Below are positions 1 to 11,397 of a DNA stretch of 64,000 nt, piece after piece. The DNA is from Rhynchobatus australiae. Taxonomy: Eukaryota. A program made the position numbers and the translations under genes. The DNA lies in NCBI GenBank assembly GCA_034780895.1, contig JAUZTB010000027.1, positions 26,565,864-26,629,863 on the forward strand, given 5' to 3'. Within the stretch, counting starts at the first letter, position 1. Each line of letters starts with the position of its first letter. The notes beneath the pieces are model-generated. The model was given only the letters and a program-made list of their open reading frames with translations, was not told the origin of the DNA and searched no databases.

Positions 1-1844
1 TATTTTATACCAGTATTTTTTTGTTCATTCAAGTCTGTTTCTGTGTGCAAAATTCCCCAAAACAAGGTATTATTTATTCGACCTGTGGTCATAGGTAACC
101 AAATTTTCAGCACTGAGATTATGTAACGCATCACCCAAACAAATGTATTGTTCCAATATGAATTAATAATGGCTTTGAAAATCATGTTTCCCCCACCCAC
201 TCCCTATGAGCTTCCCAAAATTGCACAGTGGCAAATTGTAAAAGAATTTTTTGCATGCAACTCTCAGCACCCCTAATCTCCTGACTTTGCCAAATGGTTC
301 AATTTCAGTTTTTTGGAGTAATTTGACTGACAGCATTTTATAACATCATTTTATTCAAGCGAAGAAAATCATTTTCATTTATTAGAGAGGAGAAGTTTCA
401 AGAACCCACTCAAATTTTAAAAAGCTGTCAGGTCTCCAGTATTCTGATGCAGCAACATTAGTTTGCTATTTTTTTCAAAGCAAAATACAGAATCGGATCC
501 AGTTGCAGATGGGGTAATGTGTCTCAGATCTTTGTTGCGTGACTGTTAATTATCGAGTGTAAAACCAAACTAATACAAAACACCATCTCCTCAAGGTCAT
601 ACCTTTATTTACTGACAAATCAAAACAAATTTACAATGCAAATAAGTTGAAAAGATTTGTTGTTTATTACAACAGCTATTACTGCGATCATTCCACAATT
701 ACTAACTTCCCTTTTCAACACAGAATTGGTTATTTAGTTGCAGATGTGTAATTACCCGCAACTGTAATTGGATCCCTACAGTATGGATTCATACAGAAGA
801 TAACACGTAAAGGAAAAGCAACACACATTTCAGAAAAAGTAAACAACACTGGCTTTCAGTTTAAGCAGATTCATCTTCTGTGACAAAGATGAACCAATCT
901 GGTCAAAAAAATTGCACACGGTCANNNNNNNNNNNNNNNNNNNNNNNNNNNNNNNNNNNNNNNNNNNNNNNNNNNNNNNNNNNNNNNNNNNNNNNNNNNN
1001 NNNNNNNNNNNNNNNNNNNNNNNNNNNNNNNNNNNNNNNNNNNNNNNNNNNNNNNNNNNNNNNNNNNNNNNNNNNNNNNNNNNNNNNNNNNNNNNNNNNN
1101 NNNNNNNNNNNNNNNNNNNNNNNNNNNNNNNNNNNNNNNNNNNNNNNNNNNNNNNNNNNNNNNNNNNNNNNNNNNNNNNNNNNNNNNNNNNNNNNNNNNN
1201 NNNNNNNNNNNNNNNNNNNNNNNNNNNNNNNNNNNNNNNNNNNNNNNNNNNNNNNNNNNNNNNNNNNNNNNNNNATATGTAGGCCTCCGCTGCATTGCTT
1301 CTTTCTGCATGATTTGACACAGGTCAGAAATCATGCAAAAATAACCTTTAATATGTTCTAAACGACCAGTTTGTAAAATTCAAATTGCACGGACACACAT
1401 GAAAAAACTGAGAATATTTTTGTAAGTGCAGTAATGTGGAAAGAGCATTTCACAAACTAAATTCAAAATGTGATAGTACAATAAACCCGTGAGCTCAGTC
1501 AGGGAAACAGACACAGCTCCATAGCAGCAGCAGCCAGTCTACACAAATAAGCATGTTGCACAATAAATACCAGTCATTGCTTTAATTAGGAATTCAATTG
1601 CAGTTGGAAACCACTTGCCTCCAGTGAGATTATACCATTTAACATTTCTATTAACATTTTTAATCGTTCTTCTTCATTTTAATTTACCCTGCTGTGTTTT
1701 CATCAACGCAAGTAAAACCTCTTGTTTTCTCTTTTGAAAACGTTAATAGTATGAGAAAATTGCTGTCTGGATTTTTTTTAAAAAAGAGCAGTCATTGATA
1801 GAGGTGCACATTGGACTTGTATTTCACATATGCTCGTGACGTGG

Positions 1845-2023
1845 TGGTGCTTTATGCCGAGTTCCGTCATAGGAAGAGATTACCAGGCAGAGAGAAGAAA
1901 AAAATCAAGAATGTGCTCCAAGCTCCCTTGAAGAAGTGCAACATCCTCACCAACTCCTTGGAATCTCTGGCCCGCGACCGAGTGGGGATGGAGCATTTGG
2001 GATGGTAATGAGAACTTCAAGTT
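1845..2023 (+). mobile_element. RTE-clade LINE, 3' ORF fragment (decayed)
   Basis: Translation VLYAEFRHRKRLPGREKKKIKNVLQAPLKKCNILTNSLESLARDR matches the RTE ORF C-terminal pattern (LYxELxxGKRxxGGQxKRFKDxLKxxLKxCNI...WExLAxDR). Confidence 0.8.
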
Positions 2024-2048
2024 TGTTTACATTCACAGATAATTCATC

Positions 2049-3762
2049 CATAGTAAAAGTCACACGCTGTCACACGCTGTATGAGTTCCTCAGTAGACCA
2101 CAGCAAGTATACAGCTGGCCTTGGGTTTTATTTCCTCCTGGCATTTCTACTCTGTTTTTTTAGTTTTCTTAAATTGTTTTTCCAATTTTGTAAGTTTTAC
2201 TAATATCCAGCATGTTATTCTGTGGGAGTTCATCCTAAGCTTTAAACCTGCATCATTCTTAAACGTGCTGCTACCTAGAAAGATCACAAATTCTTAAAAT
2301 CTATTTTCCAAGAAGTTCTGTGTAAGCAGCAGGAAGAGCAGACCACCTTACAAGATGTCCACCCATCCACCCTGTAACCCATGACTTGCCATATCAGTGG
2401 AAGAGTCTGCAGTTACAACAGTTGCCCTACAACAGCCACCTCAGAAGCTAAACAAAACAGAGTGGAAGTAAGTCACCCTGAATCCCAAGGGACTGCCTAA
2501 GAAAAAGAAGTTAGTACTTCTAGCACAGATGTGAAAAAACTCACAATACATTGCAATAAATAAAATAATTTCCAGCTGTTTTAAAATTTGAATGGACATG
2601 CCAGGAAGTTATGAAGAATGTGGTAGAACAATAGGGCCAGAAGAAATCCAAGGGTGACAAAAGAATAGAGCAGTTTGCAAAGGGATTGAAATTTCTGCCT
2701 TGGTTACTATCAGTGAACATGAGNNNNNNNNNNNNNNNNNNNNNNNNNNNNNNNNNNNNNNNNNNNNNNNNNNNNNNNNNNNNNNNNNNNNNNNNNNNNN
2801 NNNNNNNNNNNNNNNNNNNNNNNNNNNNNNNNNNNNNNNNNNNNNNNNNNNNNNNNNNNNNNNNNNNNNNNNNNNNNNNNNNNNNNNNNNNNNNNNNNNN
2901 NNNNNNNNNNNNNNNNNNNNNNNNNNNNNNNNNNNNNNNNNNNNNNNNNNNNNNNNNNNNNNNNNNNNNNNNNNNNNNNNNNNNNNNNNNNNNNNNNNNN
3001 NNNNNNNNNNNNNNNNNNNNNNNNNNNNNNNNNNNNNNNNNNNNNNNNNNNNNNNNNNNNNNNNNNNNNNNNNNNNNNNNNNNNNNNNNNNNNNNNNNNN
3101 NNNNNNNNNNNNNNNNNNNNNNNNNNNNNNNNNNNNNNNNNNNNNNNNNNNNNNNNNNNNNNNNNNNNNNNNNNNNNNNNNNNNNNNNNNNNNNNNNNNN
3201 NNNNNNNNNNNNNNNNNNNNNNNNNNNNNNNNNNNNNNNNNNNNNNNNNNNNNNNNNNNNNNNNNNNNNNNNNNNNNNNNNNNNNNNNNNNNNNNNNNNN
3301 NNNNNNNNNNNNNNNNNNNNNNNNNNNNNNNNNNNNNNNNNNNNNNNNNNNNNNNNNNNNNNNNNNNNNNNNNNNNNNNNNNNNNNCCAGTCTCTTGAAG
3401 GGCAGCAAAGCACACAGAATGGTGATAAAGGCAGAGATTTTTCCTTTATATTTAACAAGAGATATTAATTTGTAGATGTTTATTGAATTTAATGTATTAA
3501 CAAAAAAAGAGGTTTTTAAGAATTCATGACCTGTCTATAACGCAGCAGGTTTAAGAATGATGCAGTTTTAAAGCTTATGATCTGTTCTTACAGAATAACA
3601 TGCTGAATACTAGGAAAACTTATTAAAACAAACTGAAAAACAACTAAGAAAGCTAAAAGAAAAGAAATCTCAGAAGGAAATAGAACCCAAGGACAACTGT
3701 AAGCTTGCTGTTGTCGAGTGAGGATTTCATACGTTATGTGACAGCATTTGACTGTTACTATG
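2049..3762. mobile_element. Unclassified TIR element: ~230-bp imperfect inverted repeats (~2051-2280 / ~3531-3760) flanked by a perfect direct repeat (2024-2050 = 3761-3787)
   Basis: The reverse complement of 3531-3760 aligns to 2051-2280 (20 mismatches in the first 99 nt by hand). TGTTTACATTCACAGATAATTCATCCA lies exactly outside both arms. The interior is partly an N gap (2724-3386). Confidence 0.75.
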
Positions 3763-4819
3763 TTTACATTCACAGATAATTCATCCAAACTGAACGTGGT
3801 ATCAAAGCATTCACATTCATCTGTACACGGCCATTGAGTGTCAGATGGTTTGAGATACCAGCCCAACCATTGTGCTGTTTTTCCCTCTTGGCAACAAGTG
3901 TACATAAATTCAGATCAGGTTATTTGCATTGACTGATTCAGATCTTTTTGTTTCACAGTCACCTTTAAACCAGAGTTCAGAGGTGGAAGGTGGAGGTTCA
4001 GTTTTCAATGCAAATACACTGCAAATAGAAATTTAAATGTGTAGTCTGAATTCTGTGCATGTGGGCATGTTTAAAATAATTTACATGTATATTGTATCTT
4101 GCAGGGCTGCAGGATTCCCCAAAGTGTATCACAATTGATAATATTTTGGGAGAATTTGCATGTTGCAAAGACTGCATTCATCACAACCACAATGACAAAT
4201 GGTTGGATTTTAACAGTTAGATGCTGAAGGAGCAATTGACGGAGAGAAGTGGATGGGGTACAGGATTCCACATGGAGTGCAAAATCCAGAGAGTTGTTAA
4301 GTGCACCTGTCACAGACCCTTTTCTCTTTTTGTGGGAGACCATGAAGAGGAAAAGAAAGTAAATTGGTGGTGGAGGAGAAAATGTTGAAGATAAGTGGAG
4401 TCTTAGGATGCCCGCCCATCAGAGATGAGGGTTTCTCTGCTACCAGATGGCAGAATTAAATATCATCCATTTACAACACTTACAGTAGTCAATCACGTCG
4501 ACTTAGTATCAATAACCTGTTCTACCATATATAACCATGTTCCACTATTCTGATCTAGAAAAGACTCACTCATGTATTTTATCACCCACAGGGTCTCCAC
4601 ACATGCAACAGGAGATGGATGAAGTTGCTGAGGACATTTCTTCAGTAAAGCTAAATCCCTTTGAGTGATCTCTAATCCCATGCAAATATTCACACTTCGG
4701 TGGATCAGACAGACAGCTAGTTTGGTTTCCACCAGTGACTCATGCTTCAAAAATGAGCAATAGCAGATGGTGAAGTCAAGGTCAAGATTATAGAGGTTGC
4801 ATTGGAGGAAGCAAGATAA

Positions 4820-5010
4820 CTTGCATACAGATTAGGAGCAGGAGGAGCCCACTTGGCCCCCTTGAGTCTGCTCTGCCATTCAATAAGATAATGAATGAGC
4901 TGGCTGTAACCTCAACTAAATATACCCACCTTCTCACAACAAACTTTCACCTCCTTACTTATTTAGAATCTGTCTGCCTATGCCTTAAAATATTCAAAAC
5001 TTCTGTTTCC
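4820..5010 (-). mobile_element. CR1 LINE 3' end fragment
   Basis: attaggagcaggaggagcccacttggcccccttgagtctgctctgccattcaataagat resembles the reverse complement of the chondrichthyan CR1 3' UTR. Confidence 0.65.
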
Positions 5011-5169
5011 TTGACCATTTGGCACAACCCTCCTCCCTCCAAATTCTGCAGATGATAGATTTCAGGGGAAAGGTCAATAAATAGGATAACTGTGGAGCAG
5101 TTGCAGAGAATGACCAGTGTATAAGCAGATAACAGAATCCCATACCTCAAGACTGCAAAGAGAGTGGAG

Positions 5170-5890
5170 TTCATCTCAAGTTTAAGTTTCAGGCAATTGT
5201 GATGTTTTCTTTAAAGCACAGGATGGCCAACTACATAGAACACCAAATAGTGCAATCAAATGAATATATGTGGGCTTTGAACAAGGGCTTGCAGGCTCTG
5301 GCCACACTAAGTAGGTTCAACAGTATCTTTTGCACCCAATTAACCTGAGGTAAGCTCTTCTGCACAGAAAGAGCAATGCAAATGGATTCCACGAGAGCGA
5401 ATGGCTTTCATTCATTCTCCCTGTCCCAGAGTCAGTCCCCAAAATGTTCAATTGTGTCCCCATAGTCAAGTCTCTCCCTGCAGAGGCAGAGCTTCAAAAT
5501 GTAGAAGACTTCAACCAATTGTGAGTTAGAGTAAGAATGAGAGCAGCCTGCTTTGACCAGAGGTTGCACTCACAAAAACAATAGTAGAAATGGTTACATT
5601 TGGGTGATACACTGCATAGGCATTTGGGTCTCTTACACATTGTCATATTGTTCAAGGTTTTTTTGCATTTGATGGAGATAAATATCTTTGCCAGCATCAT
5701 TTTCCATGCTGCCAGTTCTTTGTTGTTCATTGACAGGTGGCCTTTTCAGTTATGTGTTGGTGAATGGGAGGACCGGAGTTGATAGCATCAGACTGAGTAT
5801 GGAAGGGATACTTTGCTGGTTGCAGGATTGCTCTTGTGTTAGTGGTATTGGAAGTGAGAAGAGCTGGGAGGAATACATTTTGGCTTTTAC
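5170..5890 (-). mobile_element. Tx1/L1-clade LINE ORF2 C-terminal fragment (decayed zf-RVT-like region)
   Basis: Minus ORF 5494-5730 (NNKELAAWK...CKRPKC...HFYYCFCEC) resembles the Tx1 pattern NKHKDLAW...CxRxxC...HxFxEC. Confidence 0.5.
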
Positions 5891-6425
5891 AGGNNNNNNN
5901 NNNNNNNNNNNNNNNNNNNNNNNNNNNNNNNNNNNNNNNNNNNNNNNNNNNNNNNNNNNNNNNNNNNNNNNNNNNNNNNNNNNNNNNNNNNNNNNNNNNN
6001 NNNNNNNNNNNNNNNNNNNNNNNNNNNNNNNNNNNNNNNNNNNNNNNNNNNNNNNNNNNNNNNNNNNNNNNNNNNNNNNNNNNNNNNNNNNNNNNNNNNN
6101 NNNNNNNNNNNNNNNNNNNNNNNNNNNNNNNNNNNNNNNNNNNNNNNNNNNNNNNNNNNNNNNNNNNNNNNNNNNNNNNNNNNNNNNNNNNNNNNNNNNN
6201 NNNNNNNNNNNNNNNNNNNNNNNNNNNNNNNNNNNNNNNNNNNNNNNNNNNNNNNNNNNNNNNNNNNNNNNNNNNNNNNNNNNNNNNNNNNNNNNNNNNN
6301 NNNNNNNNNNNNNNNNNNNNNNNNNNNNNNNNNNNNNNNNNNNNNNNNNNNNNNNNNNNNNNNNNNNNNNNNNNNNNNNNNNNNNNNNNNNNNNNNNNNN
6401 NNNNNNNNNNNNNNNNNNNNNNNNN

Positions 6426-6535
6426 TGCTGCCTGTGTTTGTCCTGAGGAAGTATCCTGACTCCAGTCCTGTACCAGTGTGCTGCATTTGAGTTCTCTGCG
6501 AGCTTGTTCTTTGCTCAACATTGTGACACTTCCTG
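6426..6535. repeat. Dispersed repeat, inverted copy of 59672-59752
   Basis: atcctgactccagtcctgtaccagtgtgctgcatttgagttctctgcgagcttgttctttgctcaaca is the near-identical reverse complement of 59684-59752; both copies lie next to N gaps. Confidence 0.75.
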
Positions 6536-6694
6536 CAAGTTGAACCTCTGCTTCTCGCCTCTGTCTTATGAAGGTACAGGTCTGTAACCAGTAGGCTGCT
6601 GCTGCTAGTTTTCATCATGTGTGGAATTTAATGGACTTGAGCATCACCAAAGCTGTTCTGATCAAATCTCAGGCAGTAATCAAACCTCCAAAAT

Positions 6695-6800
6695 GCCATC
6701 TTCATAGGCAGTCCCTTTAGATTGAACATGCTTTAATTCCACTCCAGGTTTGTGGCTTTTGAGGTAACTAATGAGGCCAATATGGGAACTACAGACTTTT
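6695..6800 (-). mobile_element. RTE-like LINE 3' end remnant
   Basis: catcttcataggcagtccct...ttccactc...gaggtaactaatgaggccaatatgggaactacagact resembles the reverse-complemented RTE 3' terminus common in elasmobranchs (recalled pattern). Confidence 0.5.
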
Positions 6801-6849
6801 GCTGATGATGGTAACATTTCATCAAAAGGACCATGTACAAACTGCATCC

Positions 6850-7560
6850 TAGAAGTTGGAGTTCACTTCTTTGCAGACTTCCCTGAATTGGCTTCTGTCC
6901 CCTTTACTGCTTTTGTGTTCTTGCCTTGCTTTCAATGAAATTCCTGAAACTCAATCAATTATATGAAAGACCCGTGTCTGCATTGCTCAAGTTGACCAAT
7001 TAGTTTTTGTTAATCCTCAACCTACTTACCTTTGCCAAGAGGGGTCTATTGCAGTGAATCCCAGAAATGTGACTTGGGATATCCTTNNNNNNNNNNNNNN
7101 NNNNNNNNNNNNNNNNNNNNNNNNNNNNNNNNNNNNNNNNNNNNNNNNNNNNNNNNNNNNNNNNNNNNNNNNNNNNNNNNNNNNNNNNNNNNNNNNNNNN
7201 NNNNNNNNNNNNNNNNNAACACCATACAATAACGGAGTGGTCTTAGACAGTGTGTTATTCACAAACATTGAAAAGGTTCTGTTGCTCAGATAATAGGAAA
7301 ACCACTTGAGAACAGTTCCAGAAATTTCTATCTCATTTTGCAGTCGATATAGCAGAATTTTGTGGTTGACTGTGTCAAAAGCTCGCCTTGGGTCAGCAAC
7401 AAAAACATTCTCACAAGTTCAGCACAGGCATCAGCAGCGAGCTATCTATCAAAAACATCAAACAATGATGTACAGGAACAGTGGCAGGTCCTCAAGTGAA
7501 CTTGGGTCCATGCTACTTTTTGCCAAATAAAAATCAGGCTGGCAATGACAGCCTTCTTAA
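6850..7560 (-). mobile_element. L2-clade LINE reverse-transcriptase fragment
   Basis: Minus translation AFDTVNHKILLYRLQNEIEISGTVLKWFSYYLSNRTFSMFVNNTLSKTTPLLYGV(gap) is a typical L2 RT segment leading to GVPQGS; KKAVIA...DPSSL lies upstream. Confidence 0.8.
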
Positions 7561-7794
7561 GAACTTACATAACAATAGTAATAAGAATTATGGGTTTATA
7601 ATCAACGTGAAATGTCAGATTCTTAACTATTAATTGTTTTGCTGTGATGGCCAACTTTTTAAAAAAAAACTGGCTTGTGGTGTTAGGAGAAGTGCATTTA
7701 CAGTTTTCTCTTTTACATAAGCAATGAATGATGTACTGCATCGTTCAAAATCAAACTCTCCATGTGTCTTCAAGAATGAAATAAAAGTAAGACT

Positions 7795-7985
7795 TGCACT
7801 ACCATTGTGCCTTATTCAGCCTCATATCATCCCTGAGCACTTTACAGCCTATAAATGATAGTCAACTTATAGCTCCCACAAATAGTAATGTGATAATGAC
7901 CAGACTAACTCTTTGCCAAGACACCAGGAATAGCTCCACTGTTCTCCTTCGAAATAGTGTAATGGGACCTTTAACAATGTTAATT
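7795..7985 (-). mobile_element. Deu-domain SINE remnant (SacSINE1-like)
   Basis: cccacaaatagtaatgtgataatgaccaga...ccaggaatagctcc...cttcgaaatagtgtaatgggacctttaac resembles the Deu-domain consensus. Confidence 0.55.
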
Positions 7986-10419
7986 GTGCAGCTAGTTCTA
8001 GCTGGATGCAGCAATCATGGAAATAGCCAACAAGGAAAAGTTAGAGCACTGTCCTTTCCTAGTCTAATGGGTTAATCATATGTCACTGAGTCTGACGCTG
8101 TTGTGAATTCTTCCCTCTGATTTCATACAGAAATTTTGGAAAGAAATGTGCATGTGTGGAACTTCTGAACATTTTACCTTTTAGCTTCCATAATGAGGTT
8201 GATGGAGAGAGTGTATACTCAAGTTGTACAGAAAGTGAGATCCTTGGTTTTATTCCTAGATTGTTCTGAGTTAAANNNNNNNNNNNNNNNNNNNNNNNNN
8301 NNNNNNNNNNNNNNNNNNNNNNNNNNNNNNNNNNNNNNNNNNNNNNNNNNNNNNNNNNNNNNNNNNNNNNNNNNNNNNNNNNNNNNNNNNNNNNNNNNNN
8401 NNNNNNNNNNNNNNNNNNNNNNNNNNNNNNNNNNNNNNNNNNNNNNNNNNNNNNNNNNNNNNNNNNNNNNNNNNNNNNNNNNNNNNNNNNNNNNNNNNNN
8501 NNNNNNNNNNNNNNNNNNNNNNNNNNNNNNNNNNNNNNNNNNNNNNNNNNNNNNNNNNNNNNNNNNNNNNNNNNNNNNNNNNNNNNNNNNNNNNNNNNNN
8601 NGCTCCAGATTCCAGCATCTGTAGTCTCGTGTTTTTCTCTTGACATCATTGTCACTACATCTGAAACGCAAACTAACAAAGCATATGCACAGTCACTCCA
8701 AAAAACTGAGGCTCAGTCATTTCTGTTCACAATCAACACACGACTTAAAATACTGTAGCATGCAGCCAAGGACACACACAAGAACTTAATGTGCCGGTGT
8801 ATTTGAGGGGTAGTTCATCATCTTTAATGTTACGGGGTGATATTGTGCACCTGCATCCTGTTACACACTTGATTGGGGAGAAAGGGGAAATGATGCCCAG
8901 TTTGCCTTTCTCTGAATCCTCTGAATAGATCAAAATCATTTAAAGGCACTATGGAAGGGGCCAGTTCCAATGGACCCATTGTCAAAGGATTAAGTTAGCA
9001 CCAGTTCTATGAATGCTTGTTAAGTGGATGGGGCTACATTGGGAGAGTGATACAGTATGCTCATCTTTCTTCATGTTTTGCCACAGATTGGTAAGATCTT
9101 GTTTGGATGATAATTACTTGTACTCATCAAACATCGGTTGCACTATTCAAGAGGTGACAGTGTACATCAAGAACCAGGCCTATAAGTAAGTAAGAAGAGC
9201 TATTGCTACCCGTGTGCTTTTTTGACCCCAGGACAACAGTTACACCTATTTATAATCAATGAACTGAAAATGTAAATCTAGGAGTTAGGTTGCTCCACTA
9301 TCTGTTAAGATGGGGATTATAAAAGGGGATGAAAAAGAATAAGGAGGTATTGGTTATAAAATATGGCAGAATAATTTGCAATGTGAACTGGAAGACAGCC
9401 AGCAATCATTATTCCAAAGCAAGAAAGAGCTTCAAAACAAAGAATCATCTGGTCACACATCAGATCAGCCTGAACTTTAACAGAAACTTGAAATCCCTTC
9501 AGGGCTTTGCATCTGTNNNNNNNNNNNNNNNNNNNNNNNNNNNNNNNNNNNNNNCACGTGCGATAGGGACAGATGTGAACTGAATCAAAGGCAGAATTCA
9601 ATGTAGGCTCTTTCTGATGTTACACAGGGTAAGATTATTTGGCATTAGTTTTTTATATGACTAAGATATGGCACTTCATGATTATGGTAATAAATAAGGA
9701 CAAAAAGAAATTGCTGTCCGATGGTTTAGTTTGGTTATCACAGAATGTGCAAGTGGGAACAAGGAAGTCAGGTGGGAAATCTCATGTTATAGTTGTCCAA
9801 TTCATGCAGCTTACAATCTGTCAACTGCCCTTCAATGATCTAGTACAAAACTTGTAAGCACACATTTTAAATATTAACAAGTCAAAGAACACATTATCTG
9901 GCAACAGGGTGGCCAGACAGCTTTCAATTTCTGCTTGGCAAGTTCTTTAACACCGTGCATTTGTATGGGGAAAGTTTGTGTGACCATAGGGAAAGTGCAG
10001 TGGATAAATTGAATAGTTCAATGAAAGAGCTGGTAATGGAACAATAGACTGAGATGAGATCATTGGTGTTTTTTATTTAGTTCTATGAAAACAACTGAGA
10101 TTATTCCGAATTTGCTTGTGAAAAATGATTTGTGCACTCTGCCCAGTGGAGCATGTCCAATGGATGTTAGGCTAATTGTAGACTTTAAAGAAGTTCTTAA
10201 ATGGAGAACGGCATGAATTTTCACAGGAAGATGTTTTTAAAGTAAATTTCCCAGTTTTGAGATCGATATTAATGAATTTTTTTTATTGTTACATTTTCGC
10301 TATTTATTTGGTATCAAGGAGTGCCAGCTGTGGTGTGTGTTAGACTGTTGTTAGATGGACTTTTTAAAATTTAAGGCGGAGTAATACTTTAGTCAAATTT
10401 AATTAGAAATAATGTCATG

Positions 10420-11084
10420 TTATACTTGCACATACTGTCCATCTGTCATACTAGAGGTGTCAAACACTGACATTATACTTTGTTGATTGGTTTAGTCTTT
10501 TCTTGCACTAGTTAAACCATTAAGATTTGTCCATTTGAATGGACTCTGAGTTCTGGAATTTGATATCATTATGAGCTTTCACTATTCTTAAAAATCTTGC
10601 ATTTTGTATACTTCTTGTCAAATGTGTTCATTGGAAATAATCGTCTGCACATTTATAATGGAACCTACCTGGAAATCTTTGTCATTTACCATCCCGCTGC
10701 TGGTGGTGTCTCACTGCTTCAGTTTTATATCTTCCAACGTTTTACATTCAAAGAGGAACACTTACCTTCCACTACCTCTCTAACTCTGCTCCCAAATTTG
10801 ATGTACATTTTGAAACTACCTGTAAATAATAGTACCAAAAAAACATACTTCCTAGAAAAAAGGACAGACTATGTAATATAAAAACTGAACAGTTACATCT
10901 TATTGCCAGCAAGGTCTTGTGCCAGCTAGCCATGCTTCAGTTGAAGGTGATACTTGGTCCTAACTGCATATAGGCTCTGCCATGGGAGACTGCCTATTTA
11001 TAAGATGAGAACTTTATACTTACACATGCTTTACATCTGTCATACTTGAGGTATCACGCGATGATGTTACACTTTGTTGATTGG
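10420..11084 (+). repeat. Diverged 71-bp direct repeat pair (10420-10490 and 11014-11084)
   Basis: Ungapped manual alignment gives 58/71 identical positions. Confidence 0.75.
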
Positions 11085-11397
11085 CTCAAAGCAAAACACA
11101 GGAAATTAAAACTGATGGGCTATGAAAATTACAAATCAGAAGTATAGAAAGCAGTTGGAAGACTAACAATGAATAAACTACTATGAGCTTATGAAAACAA
11201 ATCAATTCCAAATGGTTAATCAAAAAAAACTGAAAGAGAAAAAGAATCACTAATCAAAATACATCTTGAAATTTTTGTCTGCCATTTTTTCCTAGTCTCC
11301 ATACAAAAAGCTCAACTATTATAGAGCCATATTTAAATAAAAATATAAAAATACTTGTTTTATAAAAATGCATTGAACCTACTTTAATGTCTACTTC

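Noticed and set aside
880-1361. Long ORFs in the track composed mostly of X (also at 2541-3468, 5688-6618, 8083-8679, 20178-20802, 48045-49017 and elsewhere)
   Set aside because: They are open only because they span N gaps; there is no coding evidence.
7025-7086. Apparent minus-strand exon with a strong AAG|GTAAGT donor
   Set aside because: It lies within the L2 RT fragment and runs into a gap; probably a chance splice motif.
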